From: an archaeon
GTDB taxonomy: Archaea > Iainarchaeota > Iainarchaeia > Iainarchaeales > CSSED10-239
Direction of reading: 5' to 3'
Assembly: GCA_041677685.1 (NCBI GenBank)
Contig: JBAYPN010000004.1
Span: 11,212 to 43,211, forward strand
DNA: 32,000 nt
In this document: in pieces, positions 17,801 through 25,552 of the stretch
Layout: every line of letters begins with the position of its first letter
How positions within the stretch are numbered: position 1 is the first letter of the stretch
Program-made: the position numbers and the translations under genes
The notes under the pieces: model-generated
Seen by the model: the letters and a program-made list of their open reading frames with translations, nothing else
The model's database searches: none
Told to the model about the DNA's origin: nothing

Positions 17801-19834
17801 ACAGATTATTCAGGATCACTGGCTGGTAAAAACACAAAGGATGCAGACAAAGTTAATTTGATTACAGCAATTGAAAATGAAGAAACCTGTTCAGCTAAGA
17901 TAAGAGACTTAGAAGTTTTAGGAGTACCAATTGGTTTTACAACAAGCTGGACTGGTAAAAATTATAGAGCAGGTCTTGTTGCAGCAACCTACACAACTCT
18001 TGCTTACACTGTTCTGTCAGCCCCACAACACAGAATTTTACTTGGAACAATTTTTGGTGTGCTTATCCCTCAAAGTCTAATAATCCCACAAGTCCACAAT
18101 TGTGTAGATGATGAAGAAGGTTATTACACCCACATCTTTGTTTCAAAAGAAGAATATGAAAGAATAGAAAAAGATCCAAAAAACAAAATTGGAGACTTGA
18201 TTTCAAAAGGTGCAGAAGGTATTGAACAAAAAATAGAAGGAGTAACCAAAGGCACACAACTAGAGGAATCTGTTAAAAAAACAACACAAGATGTTAAGCA
18301 ATTTGCAGAAACAAAAATGAAAGACAACCCAATTGTTCAAGCAAGATTTGAAACAAAAGGAAATTCTTCAGCCTCAATTAATGGTAGACTGTTCTTCTTA
18401 GAGCTTGGAAAGAATACCACTTGTAGGGCAAGTGCATATAATGACAAGGGTGTAGAGTACTTAAAGAATAATCAATTAAATGAAACATTAATTATAAATA
18501 AAGAAAATGGAACCTTAGATATTCTTGATTCAGATGGCACTCTTAAAAACATAATTGATAGTAAAAACAAAGACTGGGTCAGATTAATGGCTACAAATTT
18601 AGGAATTCCAGCAAAGGTTATTCCCCACAGCCTAAGTTACATCCCACTTCCTGATGACAACTCTCCTTTGTTTACAATGGATATTTATGGAAATCTTTCA
18701 ATTGAAAATATGAGCTTTTTAGATTGCTTTAGAAAAAACTATGAGGCACAGACAGGTTTAGAGTTAAGAGGTAATCAATTAACAGACATCTTAGGTAGTG
18801 TGAAGATGGCAACCACCACAAACCCACTTAACCCTTCTACTCAATATGACATGATACCAAAAGGTAAAGACAATGTTAATGAGATTCTGGCAGAAGGAGT
18901 CCCAAGAAAGTCAGCTCAAGGCAATTCTGCAAAGATGACAATCTTAGGAGACAGATACACAAAGTTATACCCAGTTAATAATAAAGAAGAGACTTTTGGT
19001 CAAAATATCTCAATTCAATTTGAAAGAGGTCAGTTGATCTATAATGGGGAAAAGAATAGTTACATCCTTTGGGTTGAACAAACCTACTCCATGCATCAAT
19101 CTGAAATTGGAGGGCTAAACACTTCTGTTAAAAAATACACAAATCCAGAAACTGGTTGTGAAGAGTTTGCACTTGGCTTTAGTGTTAACCCTGTAGAGAA
19201 TAATGAAGATGCAAAAAATAAATCTAAAGAAATGAACAAAGCTTTAGAAAAGGTAGGTCCTTTCCAATTGTTTGAAACTGCAACAAAAACCTTCATATTT
19301 TATACAACTCCTGCTCCTGAGTGTGAGAAGAGAATGAAGATTATTGATAAGCTTACAGGAAAGGTAATAACTGACCAAGCAATTACAGACATTATTGAAA
19401 CCCCAAATGGAATGATTGTTAAGACTGCTGATGGGGCTGAACATAACTTTGAGTTTAGTGCAGAAGATGGAGTCCCAAAATTAAAATATAATGATGAACT
19501 TGAAACCTTACTTTCTGCTCAAGGTAAAAATGGATCCTTTTGGTATGACCCTGCAACTGGTAACTGGTATACAGAGAATGGACACCTTATCCCTTTTGAC
19601 CCACAATATAAGGATGGAATGATGTTTAAAACAGGAGAGGATGGTAAAGTTTATGGAACTCCTGCAGAAAACCCCATGAATATTAACATAGGAAGTTCAG
19701 GTTCTGAGAAAAGTGGTTTTAATATACCATTGTCTCCAGAAAAAGTTATTCCACTATCTTTATATTTGTTCATAATCATAATGTCAATAATGTATATAAA
19801 CAACAGAAAAGGGAATATAAAAAAAGAGAAATAA
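14834..19834 (+). CDS. Giant (1666 aa) secreted, C-terminally anchored cell-surface protein (adhesin or S-layer-like candidate)
   Basis: N-terminal Sec-type signal MKFEKNVSKIISIFFLILFINSIFA/YN. C-terminal ...IPLSPEKVIPLSLYLFIIIMSIMYINNRKGNIKKEK, which is a TM helix plus a basic tail. About 20 Cys are scattered through the protein, and I recognise no catalytic motif. Confidence 0.7.
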   Translation: MKFEKNVSKIISIFFLILFINSIFAYNVDFSRFDNPTESANNFYLLDSDIKTDFGGGCYTEELPSDAVERIWNELLVKGFKVDIVSSDQPAKTDRDSLEKSDVMLTNQDSKGGDIIMKKEMPSQEMDPLEIPTILGQSCYGPFSYGINLTETIRIGKCENDTNSACYLESDGLFRQNGNEGFWTEMEAVGKDVLDMVGVNILKQEAGEIINPDYDYNTDVDLGIFTEMSYEELAFFKSIQLDDANKDTINLERTKAIMDKAIQNSVKTEIFNSGMETTCSGENCYINVYSLFDKMFNQFFSADLVATSVSPLLWKFSSRIFSGIGNVAKKQFGIESAGQKLLKNGTIKKGHFWDNVLNNNNSPMKALKKTMDIRVAERNIGRYADNLSSSYSSIEKQLNRYDLKPQFEKYLKSLKSKKNIEEITNEFFKSAEFTKLNKPQQRIFFEIAQKYQTNLKITQIFQEQLGKDIDDILSATTTVRGASIPRKDILSNSKYTLDDFYRSLTKEEYETLLSKQQKMNQLNKSWGDYTNGHVSWDDGVENLNVVKNRSFTIHNPATGEDELTLINKVKKLDQTIPGSLGELPAGSKALVPTDPTKSIGTGFDKMAQTKKVTVTFSDGSTAEITKLIPYKESEISSIGQQFFASDLPKFQSRPDIYIEYLSKSGATKKVRATNLIVDDIDQVGSLKWFSVDDVAMLTDDEIIKYGYDPFELAYGYSTTKGTGIIKTMDAVNDKVVKVMEDQGWVTGRGVNWINQQMKAQDTSSYQKKAFNMLTRNGQAYIKNWVYWEVQTAGNTLPFIGDTFSKYSMYQLPETYTSVKIDHQLSGEIYNDSYIDFFVNTGSDQGDLFMQYLNSMVFWLVNIGKEVLDETDWKATQAISDWGKQITEGQIRRSSVDDVAVFTDGENGGCDKACSIKIGNSQLLEKTTLEKSLKTDTNVENQTPMPQKLEKVNIIYSTPSGITIPNYILENTDPKNIEEEGQTLISFSHHTDYSGSLAGKNTKDADKVNLITAIENEETCSAKIRDLEVLGVPIGFTTSWTGKNYRAGLVAATYTTLAYTVLSAPQHRILLGTIFGVLIPQSLIIPQVHNCVDDEEGYYTHIFVSKEEYERIEKDPKNKIGDLISKGAEGIEQKIEGVTKGTQLEESVKKTTQDVKQFAETKMKDNPIVQARFETKGNSSASINGRLFFLELGKNTTCRASAYNDKGVEYLKNNQLNETLIINKENGTLDILDSDGTLKNIIDSKNKDWVRLMATNLGIPAKVIPHSLSYIPLPDDNSPLFTMDIYGNLSIENMSFLDCFRKNYEAQTGLELRGNQLTDILGSVKMATTTNPLNPSTQYDMIPKGKDNVNEILAEGVPRKSAQGNSAKMTILGDRYTKLYPVNNKEETFGQNISIQFERGQLIYNGEKNSYILWVEQTYSMHQSEIGGLNTSVKKYTNPETGCEEFALGFSVNPVENNEDAKNKSKEMNKALEKVGPFQLFETATKTFIFYTTPAPECEKRMKIIDKLTGKVITDQAITDIIETPNGMIVKTADGAEHNFEFSAEDGVPKLKYNDELETLLSAQGKNGSFWYDPATGNWYTENGHLIPFDPQYKDGMMFKTGEDGKVYGTPAENPMNINIGSSGSEKSGFNIPLSPEKVIPLSLYLFIIIMSIMYINNRKGNIKKEK

Positions 19835-19867
19835 TAGAAAAAGAAAAATATTAGAAAATTTAGATTT

Positions 19868-20119
19868 TTACTCAATTCTTGTAAAAAAATCTATTTTTTT
19901 TAAGTCTAGAGGTTTTTTAGGTTTCTCTTTTTTTTTTTCAATTTCTTTTCTTCTAGTCTCAATTTTTTGTCTTCTAATTTCAATTTCTTTTTTTAATTTT
20001 TCAGCATTTGTTTTTGAAGTATCTAAATTTGTTTTTGATTTTTTTACTGTGGGTTTTTTTACAGATGGTGTTTTTGGTTTAAAACAAAATACTTTTCTTT
20101 TTAAAGGTCCCATACTCAA
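19868..20119 (-). CDS. Small, very basic Lys-rich protein, function unknown
   Basis: 83-aa ORF convergent with the giant gene. It includes a coiled-coil-like segment KLKKEIEIRRQKIETRRKEIEKKKEK. Low complexity, so uncertain. Confidence 0.4.
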   Translation of the reverse strand: MSMGPLKRKVFCFKPKTPSVKKPTVKKSKTNLDTSKTNAEKLKKEIEIRRQKIETRRKEIEKKKEKPKKPLDLKKIDFFTRIE

Positions 20120-20195
20120 TCACATTTATGATGCTTTAATTTCTTAAAATCACATCTACTAATATAGTAAATCATAAGGTTAATAAAAGTAACAG

Positions 20196-20241
20196 ATTGT
20201 TTCTATGTGTTTTTACTAATTGTTTCTATGTGTTTTTATTA
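20196..20241. repeat. Two tandem 23-bp repeats in the divergent intergenic region upstream of lysS
   Basis: ATTGTTTCTATGTGTTTTTACTA (20196-20218) and ATTGTTTCTATGTGTTTTTATTA (20219-20241), with one mismatch. Confidence 0.9.
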
Positions 20242-20328
20242 ATTTTATAATTATCTAAGAATATATAGGTTTAAAAGAATTTATACACATATATTATATA
20301 TAAATAAAAACAATTTGAGGAATTAACA

Positions 20329-21828
20329 ATGGGCAGAATAGAAGAACAAGAACAAAGTAGACTTAATAATTTTAATTATTTAAAAGAAAATAATATTAAT
20401 CCATATCCTTATACCTTTAACAAGACTCATAATTCTAAAGACATTATTGACAAACATAGTAACCTAGAAAAAGATACTTATTCTTCAGAAACAGCAAGCA
20501 TCTCTGGAAGACTTTTATTAATTAGAAACTTAAAAAAAATTATATTTTTAGATTTACATGACATGACAGGAAAGATCCAATTGGTTGCAAAGGAGTCAGA
20601 AATTTCTAAAGAACAATTAGAATTAATTAATAAACTAGATGTTGGGGACATTGTTGGAGTTACAGGCAAAATATTTAAAACAAAGAGAGGAGAAGTCTCA
20701 ATTGATGTTCAAGAAATTACTTTTCTTTCAAAATCATTTTTACCATTACCTGACAAATGGCATGGCTTGCAAGATCCTGAAATTAAGTATAGAAAAAGGC
20801 ATCTAGACCTAATGGTTAATAAAGAATCAAGAGACACCTTTATTGTTAGAGCAAAAATAATTTCAATAATTAGAGAGGTCTTAGATAAGAAAGGCTTTAT
20901 TGAAGTTGAAACTCCATTACTTCAACCTCTTTATGGTGGAGCAAACGCAAGACCTTTTGTTACAGAGAGTTTTGTTTGGAAAAGACAACTTTATTTATCA
21001 ATTTCTCCTGAACTTTATTTGAAAAGATTACTTGTTGGAGGCTTTGAAAAGGTATACACAATTTGTAAGAATTTTAGAAATGAGGGAATTGATAAATCTC
21101 ATAACCCTGAGTTTACAATGTTAGAGGTTTATGAAGCTTATAAAGATTATAATTATGCAATGGATTTAATTGAGGAGATTATTGAAACAATTACTTTAAG
21201 ATTATTTAATACTACAAAAATTGAATTTGAAAACAAAACATTTGATTTTAAAAGACCTTGGAAAAAATTAAAAATGAAAGATGCTCTAAAAGAGATTGCA
21301 AACATTGATGTTGATACTCTTGATGATGCACAATTACAAGAGTTGTTAGAAAAGAATAGAATTAATTTAGAAGAATATAAAAGAGGCCTTGCAATTGCAG
21401 AGTTGTTTGAGCATTTTTGTGAAAGTAAGTTGAGTGGAGGAGGCGGAGGAGGAGGACCAGTTCACATAATTGACCATCCAAAAGAGACCACCCCTCTATG
21501 TAAGCTACACAGGGATGATAAAGAGCTAATAGAGAGAGATGAGCCTTATGTTAATGGCATGGAACTTGCAAATATTTATAGTGAGTTAAATGATCCAATA
21601 TTACAAGAACAATTAATGGTTGAGCAAAAAGACCAAGGTAAATCAAAAGGTGAAAATCATCCAATTGATAGTGACTTTATTGATGCCTTAAAATATGGTA
21701 TGCCTCCAGCATACGGTATTGGTATGGGTATTGATAGGCTAGTAATACTTTTAACAAACTCTCAAAATATTAGAGATGTAATATTGTTCCCTCTTTTAAG
21801 AGAAGAAAAAGATAAAGTAAGTGAGTAA
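20329..21828 (+). CDS. lysS: Lysyl-tRNA synthetase, class II
   Basis: N-terminal OB anticodon-binding region, class II motif 2 FRNEGIDKSHNPEFTMLEVY and motif 3 GMGIDRLVILLT. Overall colinear with bacterial/eukaryotic LysRS. Gly7 insertion at 21436-21456. Confidence 0.9.
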   Translation: MGRIEEQEQSRLNNFNYLKENNINPYPYTFNKTHNSKDIIDKHSNLEKDTYSSETASISGRLLLIRNLKKIIFLDLHDMTGKIQLVAKESEISKEQLELINKLDVGDIVGVTGKIFKTKRGEVSIDVQEITFLSKSFLPLPDKWHGLQDPEIKYRKRHLDLMVNKESRDTFIVRAKIISIIREVLDKKGFIEVETPLLQPLYGGANARPFVTESFVWKRQLYLSISPELYLKRLLVGGFEKVYTICKNFRNEGIDKSHNPEFTMLEVYEAYKDYNYAMDLIEEIIETITLRLFNTTKIEFENKTFDFKRPWKKLKMKDALKEIANIDVDTLDDAQLQELLEKNRINLEEYKRGLAIAELFEHFCESKLSGGGGGGGPVHIIDHPKETTPLCKLHRDDKELIERDEPYVNGMELANIYSELNDPILQEQLMVEQKDQGKSKGENHPIDSDFIDALKYGMPPAYGIGMGIDRLVILLTNSQNIRDVILFPLLREEKDKVSE

Positions 21829-21831
21829 GAT

Positions 21832-21990
21832 ATGGTGCATAGATGTATAGAATGTAAAAGAATTATAGATTCTACAAGAATCTATTGTAGAAGTTGTGAA
21901 GCAAAAATTAAAAGAAAGTTAGTTTCAAAAAAGGAAGATAAAGAAAAACAAAAGGATTATGATTTTTTTGAAAAGCAAAGATACTCATAA
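21832..21990 (+). CDS. Small zinc-ribbon protein (52 aa), absent from the supplied ORF track
   Basis: ATG 3 nt after the lysS stop. MVHRCIECKRIIDSTRIYCRSCEAKIKRKL... has CxxC-x10-CxxC followed by a basic tail. It overlaps the annotated start of the DHH gene by 32 nt in another frame. Confidence 0.4.
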   Translation: MVHRCIECKRIIDSTRIYCRSCEAKIKRKLVSKKEDKEKQKDYDFFEKQRYS

Positions 21991-22954
21991 ATTAAAATCA
22001 AAAAAGGCTTTGATTGTTGCTCACAGAGATGCTGATGGAATAACCTCTGCAGTAAGTTTTGCTTGGAATCTTTTAGAAAAAAAAAAGTTGCCTAAAAACT
22101 TAGAAAATATATATTCCGTTGCAACTTTTTTAGACATTAATTATAATGAAGATGTCTTTAAAACATTTAGAGACAATAGCATTAATTTAGATGATTACTG
22201 TCAACTTGTAATCTTAGACTTTAGTTTTCCAATTGATATACTATTGAAATTAAAGACTTTATTTAAAGATAATATAATATGGATTGATCATCATAAAAGA
22301 GCTGATGAAGATTTAGATAGATTATTATCTAAAAGAAATATTAAAATTAAAGGTCTGAGAAAAAGTAACCATGCTGCTTGTGTACTTGTTTGGAAGTTCT
22401 TTAAAAAAGGAGCTCCTGAATTTGTAGAATATATAGAAGACATGGATCTTTGGAAATGGGATAAATTAAATTCTAAGGAATTTATTGCAGGACTTGTTAA
22501 CCTAAATGGGAAGTTTACAAAGGAAACAATTTCATATGTGTTTAATCTAATTGATTTTAACAAATTTGAAAATAAAAAAAAGAAAATAATAAATAGAGGA
22601 AAAATAATTATTCAACATCAAAAAAATTATGTAAACACTATTAGAAAGATTGGAAAAAAAGTTGAATTTGAAGGCTATCCTGCATACATTATTAATACTT
22701 ATTTTGAATCAGGATTAATTCTTGAATATCTTAAAGAATTAGAAGAATTTAAAGATATAGAGATATTTATTGTTTGGCATAAAATTTATGAATTTGGGTG
22801 GATTAAGGTTAGCTTAAGGGCAACAAAAGAGTCAAAAGCAGATCTGTCTTTAATTTCTAAAAAGTATGGAGGCGGAGGACATCCAAAAGCTTCTGCTTTT
22901 ATTATAGATGATATTAAAAAAATAAAAATTAAAAAATATAAAGAAAAGAGATGA
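21959..22954 (+). CDS. DHH/DHHA1 family phosphoesterase (NrnA/RecJ-like nanoRNase or pAp phosphatase type)
   Basis: Motifs HRDADG (I), ILDFS (II), IDHH (III) and the DHHA1 motif GGGGHPKASAF. Confidence 0.8.
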   Translation: MIFLKSKDTHKLKSKKALIVAHRDADGITSAVSFAWNLLEKKKLPKNLENIYSVATFLDINYNEDVFKTFRDNSINLDDYCQLVILDFSFPIDILLKLKTLFKDNIIWIDHHKRADEDLDRLLSKRNIKIKGLRKSNHAACVLVWKFFKKGAPEFVEYIEDMDLWKWDKLNSKEFIAGLVNLNGKFTKETISYVFNLIDFNKFENKKKKIINRGKIIIQHQKNYVNTIRKIGKKVEFEGYPAYIINTYFESGLILEYLKELEEFKDIEIFIVWHKIYEFGWIKVSLRATKESKADLSLISKKYGGGGHPKASAFIIDDIKKIKIKKYKEKR

Positions 22955-23955
22955 AACAAAAGATGACACAATATTTGATTAACCTAGCAAGATTTGTTTC
23001 TTACAGGGAAAAAAAGGAAATTTTTAAGGAACTTAAAGACAAAGGTATTAAGACTTCAAATGACTCTTGGTCATATAGAAGATTTATTCTTGATAGACTT
23101 CCACCTAACAAACCATATGTAGCAAGCACAATTGAACTTAAAGAAACATTTTCTCCTAAGACAATTGCTGATACTGTGGATAGATTAGATAAGTATAAGA
23201 TTAAAGAAATTAAAGCAAAAATTAATGCTGGAGTTCCATTCCACGCTAAAGCAATTGTTGATAGATATTTGAAGAAAAAAAAATTTGAAGATAATGGAAA
23301 AATTATATACTTAGAAGCAAGAATGGAAAGTGACAACCCAGTTGTTAGAATTGGAGAATATATAAATTTATCAAATATTTTAGAAAATAGGAATAATAGT
23401 AAAGCTAAAGAAAGATCTGCACACCCTACACAATCTGCACAAAATAAAAACAATTTAAATAGAAATCCAAAATTAAAAGATACTTCTAATATTCTAAATA
23501 AAAATAATCTAAAAGATTTTCCTGACCTTGCAATTGAATCTCCTTATACTCTAGGAGAGATTTCTGATTTTGTAAGATTGTCTAAAACCTTTAAGATGAA
23601 AGTCTTTATCATCACAAACAAAGATAATGAATGTGAAGAAACTATTAGAAAATTTTTAGAAACAAACTCATTTAATAAAGGAAATATAAAAGTCATAAAG
23701 GCTTTTGAGGAAATTGAAAATGATTATACTTTCTTGGGTTTTAGTATGTGGGGTAAAGTGAGTGTCCAAGAAATAATGCAAACAAGTATGGGTAAACCAA
23801 AATTATTAATCTTTGGAAATGAAAAAAGAGGCTTACTTAAAAAAACAATGGATAAATGTTCTAAAATTATAAAAATAGAAACTAGTTCTTCAGAGCCATT
23901 AAGAGCAACTCAAGCAGCTACTTTTGCTTTAGGTTATATCTTTGCAAACAAATAA
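22951..23955 (+). CDS. Protein with a C-terminal SPOUT (SpoU/TrmH/TrmL-like) RNA methyltransferase domain
   Basis: LIFGNEKRGLLKKTMDKCSKIIKIETSSSEPLRATQAATFALGYI matches the SPOUT motif 2/3 pattern (L.FG.E..GL ... I.IP ... SLN.S.A..I.LY). The N-terminal 190 aa or so are unrecognised and include a low-complexity Asn/Lys linker. ATGA overlap with the DHH stop. Confidence 0.5.
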   Translation: MKQKMTQYLINLARFVSYREKKEIFKELKDKGIKTSNDSWSYRRFILDRLPPNKPYVASTIELKETFSPKTIADTVDRLDKYKIKEIKAKINAGVPFHAKAIVDRYLKKKKFEDNGKIIYLEARMESDNPVVRIGEYINLSNILENRNNSKAKERSAHPTQSAQNKNNLNRNPKLKDTSNILNKNNLKDFPDLAIESPYTLGEISDFVRLSKTFKMKVFIITNKDNECEETIRKFLETNSFNKGNIKVIKAFEEIENDYTFLGFSMWGKVSVQEIMQTSMGKPKLLIFGNEKRGLLKKTMDKCSKIIKIETSSSEPLRATQAATFALGYIFANK

Positions 23956-23965
23956 ATATTATAAG

Positions 23966-23989
23966 GACTATAAAATTATTTTTATAGTC
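23966..23989. terminator. Inverted repeat (10-bp stem, 4-nt loop) between convergent genes
   Basis: GACTATAAAA-TTAT-TTTTATAGTC lies 11 nt after the stop of 22951-23955, in an AT-rich context. A terminator role is inferred only. Confidence 0.3.
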
Positions 23990-24057
23990 AAATTTCTTAT
24001 AATATAATTTGCAAAGTTTAATTAATTCCCAAATTTTAGTTTCACGTAAATTTAATT

Positions 24058-24291
24058 TTAATGCAAAAGTGCGGAATCGATTGCCTGTTTGTTAAAACCA
24101 ACTATTATTTTTCCATTAATATCTAAAACAGGAACTCCTTGTTGCCCTGATTTTCTAACCATCTCAAGACCTCTCTGCATATCAAAGGAAACATCAACAT
24201 CCTCAAAATTTACATTTTTAGATTTTAGATATTCTTTTGCTATAACACAATAAGGGCATGTCTTTGTAGAATAAACAATTATTTTATTCAT
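24058..24291 (-). CDS. Glutaredoxin (CPYC active site)
   Basis: 77 aa with VYSTKTCPYCVIAKEYL, GVPVL (cis-Pro region) and VGFN. GAGGTG lies upstream of the ATG. Confidence 0.85.
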   Translation of the reverse strand: MNKIIVYSTKTCPYCVIAKEYLKSKNVNFEDVDVSFDMQRGLEMVRKSGQQGVPVLDINGKIIVGFNKQAIDSALLH

Positions 24292-24373
24292 TTTTAATCA
24301 CCTCAATTTTTTCTATTTTTTTAATTATTTTTGTAATTATTTTTTTATTTTTCTTATCAAGCTTTAATCTAAT

Positions 24374-24673
24374 TTAGTGCTTAATAATATTCTTAGCACT
24401 TTTTAATAGTTCTTTAATTAATTTTTGATTTCTTAATTTAATACACTTTGTTTTATTAATCTTAGTAACAACTATTAAATTTGATTCTTCTAAAATATTT
24501 AATTGTCTAGAAATTGTTGAAAGGTCTTTTTGTAATTTTGTAGATAAATCTGTGCAACAAATATTATTCTTAGTGTCTAAAAGTTCAAGTATAATTCTAT
24601 ATCTTGTCTTTTCGCCTAAAGCCTTAAATATTTTATATAAATCTTCCACAATCCCACTTGTATAAATATACAA
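24374..24673 (-). CDS. ArsR/SmtB family winged-helix transcriptional regulator
   Basis: FKALGEKTRYRIILELL ... CCTDLSTKLQKDLSTISRQLNILEESNLIV is a typical ArsR HTH, with a Cys pair in the helix-3 region. The start is uncertain: TTG at 24673 or in-frame GTG at 24649. Confidence 0.8.
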   Translation of the reverse strand: MYIYTSGIVEDLYKIFKALGEKTRYRIILELLDTKNNICCTDLSTKLQKDLSTISRQLNILEESNLIVVTKINKTKCIKLRNQKLIKELLKSAKNIIKH

Positions 24674-24676
24674 GTG
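24655..24676. promoter_or_regulatory. 22-bp palindrome (10-bp arms) at the 5-prime end of the ArsR gene; candidate operator
   Basis: CACTTGTATA-AA-TATACAAGTG has perfect 10-bp arms. It overlaps the TTG start candidate and sits just upstream of the GTG candidate. Confidence 0.45.
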
Positions 24677-24761
24677 TAGACATGTTTAAAAAGATATCTT
24701 TTTTTAGAAATACAAAAGAAATTGTCTTTATAAATTTAAATAAATCTTAGAGCAATATAAT

Positions 24762-25382
24762 TTATTTTTCAGCTACAAAATATTTATAAAACACAGCAAT
24801 ATAGTTATGCACAGAATGGGCAAGTGTTATTAATAATAGATTTGGATAAAAAATATAAATCATTGCAAGTAAAAAGCCTTCTATAAAAATAAATAACAAA
24901 TCAATAAATTTCACACTATAAATTGTATGCATTAACATAAAAAGAATAGCATTAGCTAAAGCAACAAAGAAAAAAGATGAAATAAAGACTTCTAATTTTG
25001 GAATTAGAAACCCTCTAAACAAAAGTTCTTGCACAAAACATAATGGGATTATAATTAAGATATGCATTTTTCTAGTTGACCAATAATTAATATAATGATT
25101 TCTTTTTAAAACATCTTCAGATAAATAAACAATTGCAAGAGAAACTAATACCGTAAAAGCAAGATATGGAATTACATGTGATCCAAAACCTTCTAAGATA
25201 AAACCAAGATCAGCAAGAGACCAACCTTCTAATAGAACAATTACAGTTGCAAGAATTGCTATTCCAAAAATTGTATGTAACCTATATTTGAAAGGTATTA
25301 TTTTTTTGTACACTAAATAAATTGGTAAGATAAAAAGTATAATCACTTGTAAAATACTTAAAATTATTGTGGTCTTAATCAC
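24762..25382 (-). CDS. CPBP family intramembrane glutamic endopeptidase (CAAX protease/Abi-like)
   Basis: Polytopic protein with QELLFRGFLIPKL (EExxxR motif), FMLMHTIY and LAHSVHNY (His motifs). GTG start. Confidence 0.8.
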   Translation of the reverse strand: MIKTTIILSILQVIILFILPIYLVYKKIIPFKYRLHTIFGIAILATVIVLLEGWSLADLGFILEGFGSHVIPYLAFTVLVSLAIVYLSEDVLKRNHYINYWSTRKMHILIIIPLCFVQELLFRGFLIPKLEVFISSFFFVALANAILFMLMHTIYSVKFIDLLFIFIEGFLLAMIYIFYPNLLLITLAHSVHNYIAVFYKYFVAEK

Positions 25383-25552
25383 TTCTATTCACTATTATTT
25401 ATTTTTAATTATTCAAATTTGCAATTATTAAGATATATATAAGTCAAATTAATTTATAAATACTACTTATAATTAGTTTGATAGTGTATTTTTAAATTAC
25501 TTTAAAAAAAGATAAATTAAAAAAGAAAAAAAGAAGTAATTAAATAAAAAAT

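Noticed and set aside
19700-19834. PGF-CTERM/archaeosortase A signal at the end of the giant protein
   Set aside because: There is no PGF (or PEF) tripeptide before the TM helix. Only the generic motif/TM/basic architecture is present, so I report it as an open question and not as a PGF-CTERM call.
16552-19875. Antisense ORFs 16552-16800, 18063-18257, 18124-18327, 19096-19296, 19244-19444 and 19651-19875
   Set aside because: All lie opposite the 5-kb giant ORF. They are short (62-82 aa) and have no motifs. A 1666-codon open frame in an AT-rich genome cannot be accidental, so these are shadows.
22291-23453. Antisense ORFs 22291-22563, 22786-22971 and 23001-23453 (the last is 150 aa)
   Set aside because: They lie opposite the DHH and SPOUT-domain genes. 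The 150-aa one is the Leu/Ser/Phe-rich complement of a Lys/Glu/Asn-rich coding region. The sense frame is continuous with the SPOUT domain and is coupled to the DHH gene by ATGA.
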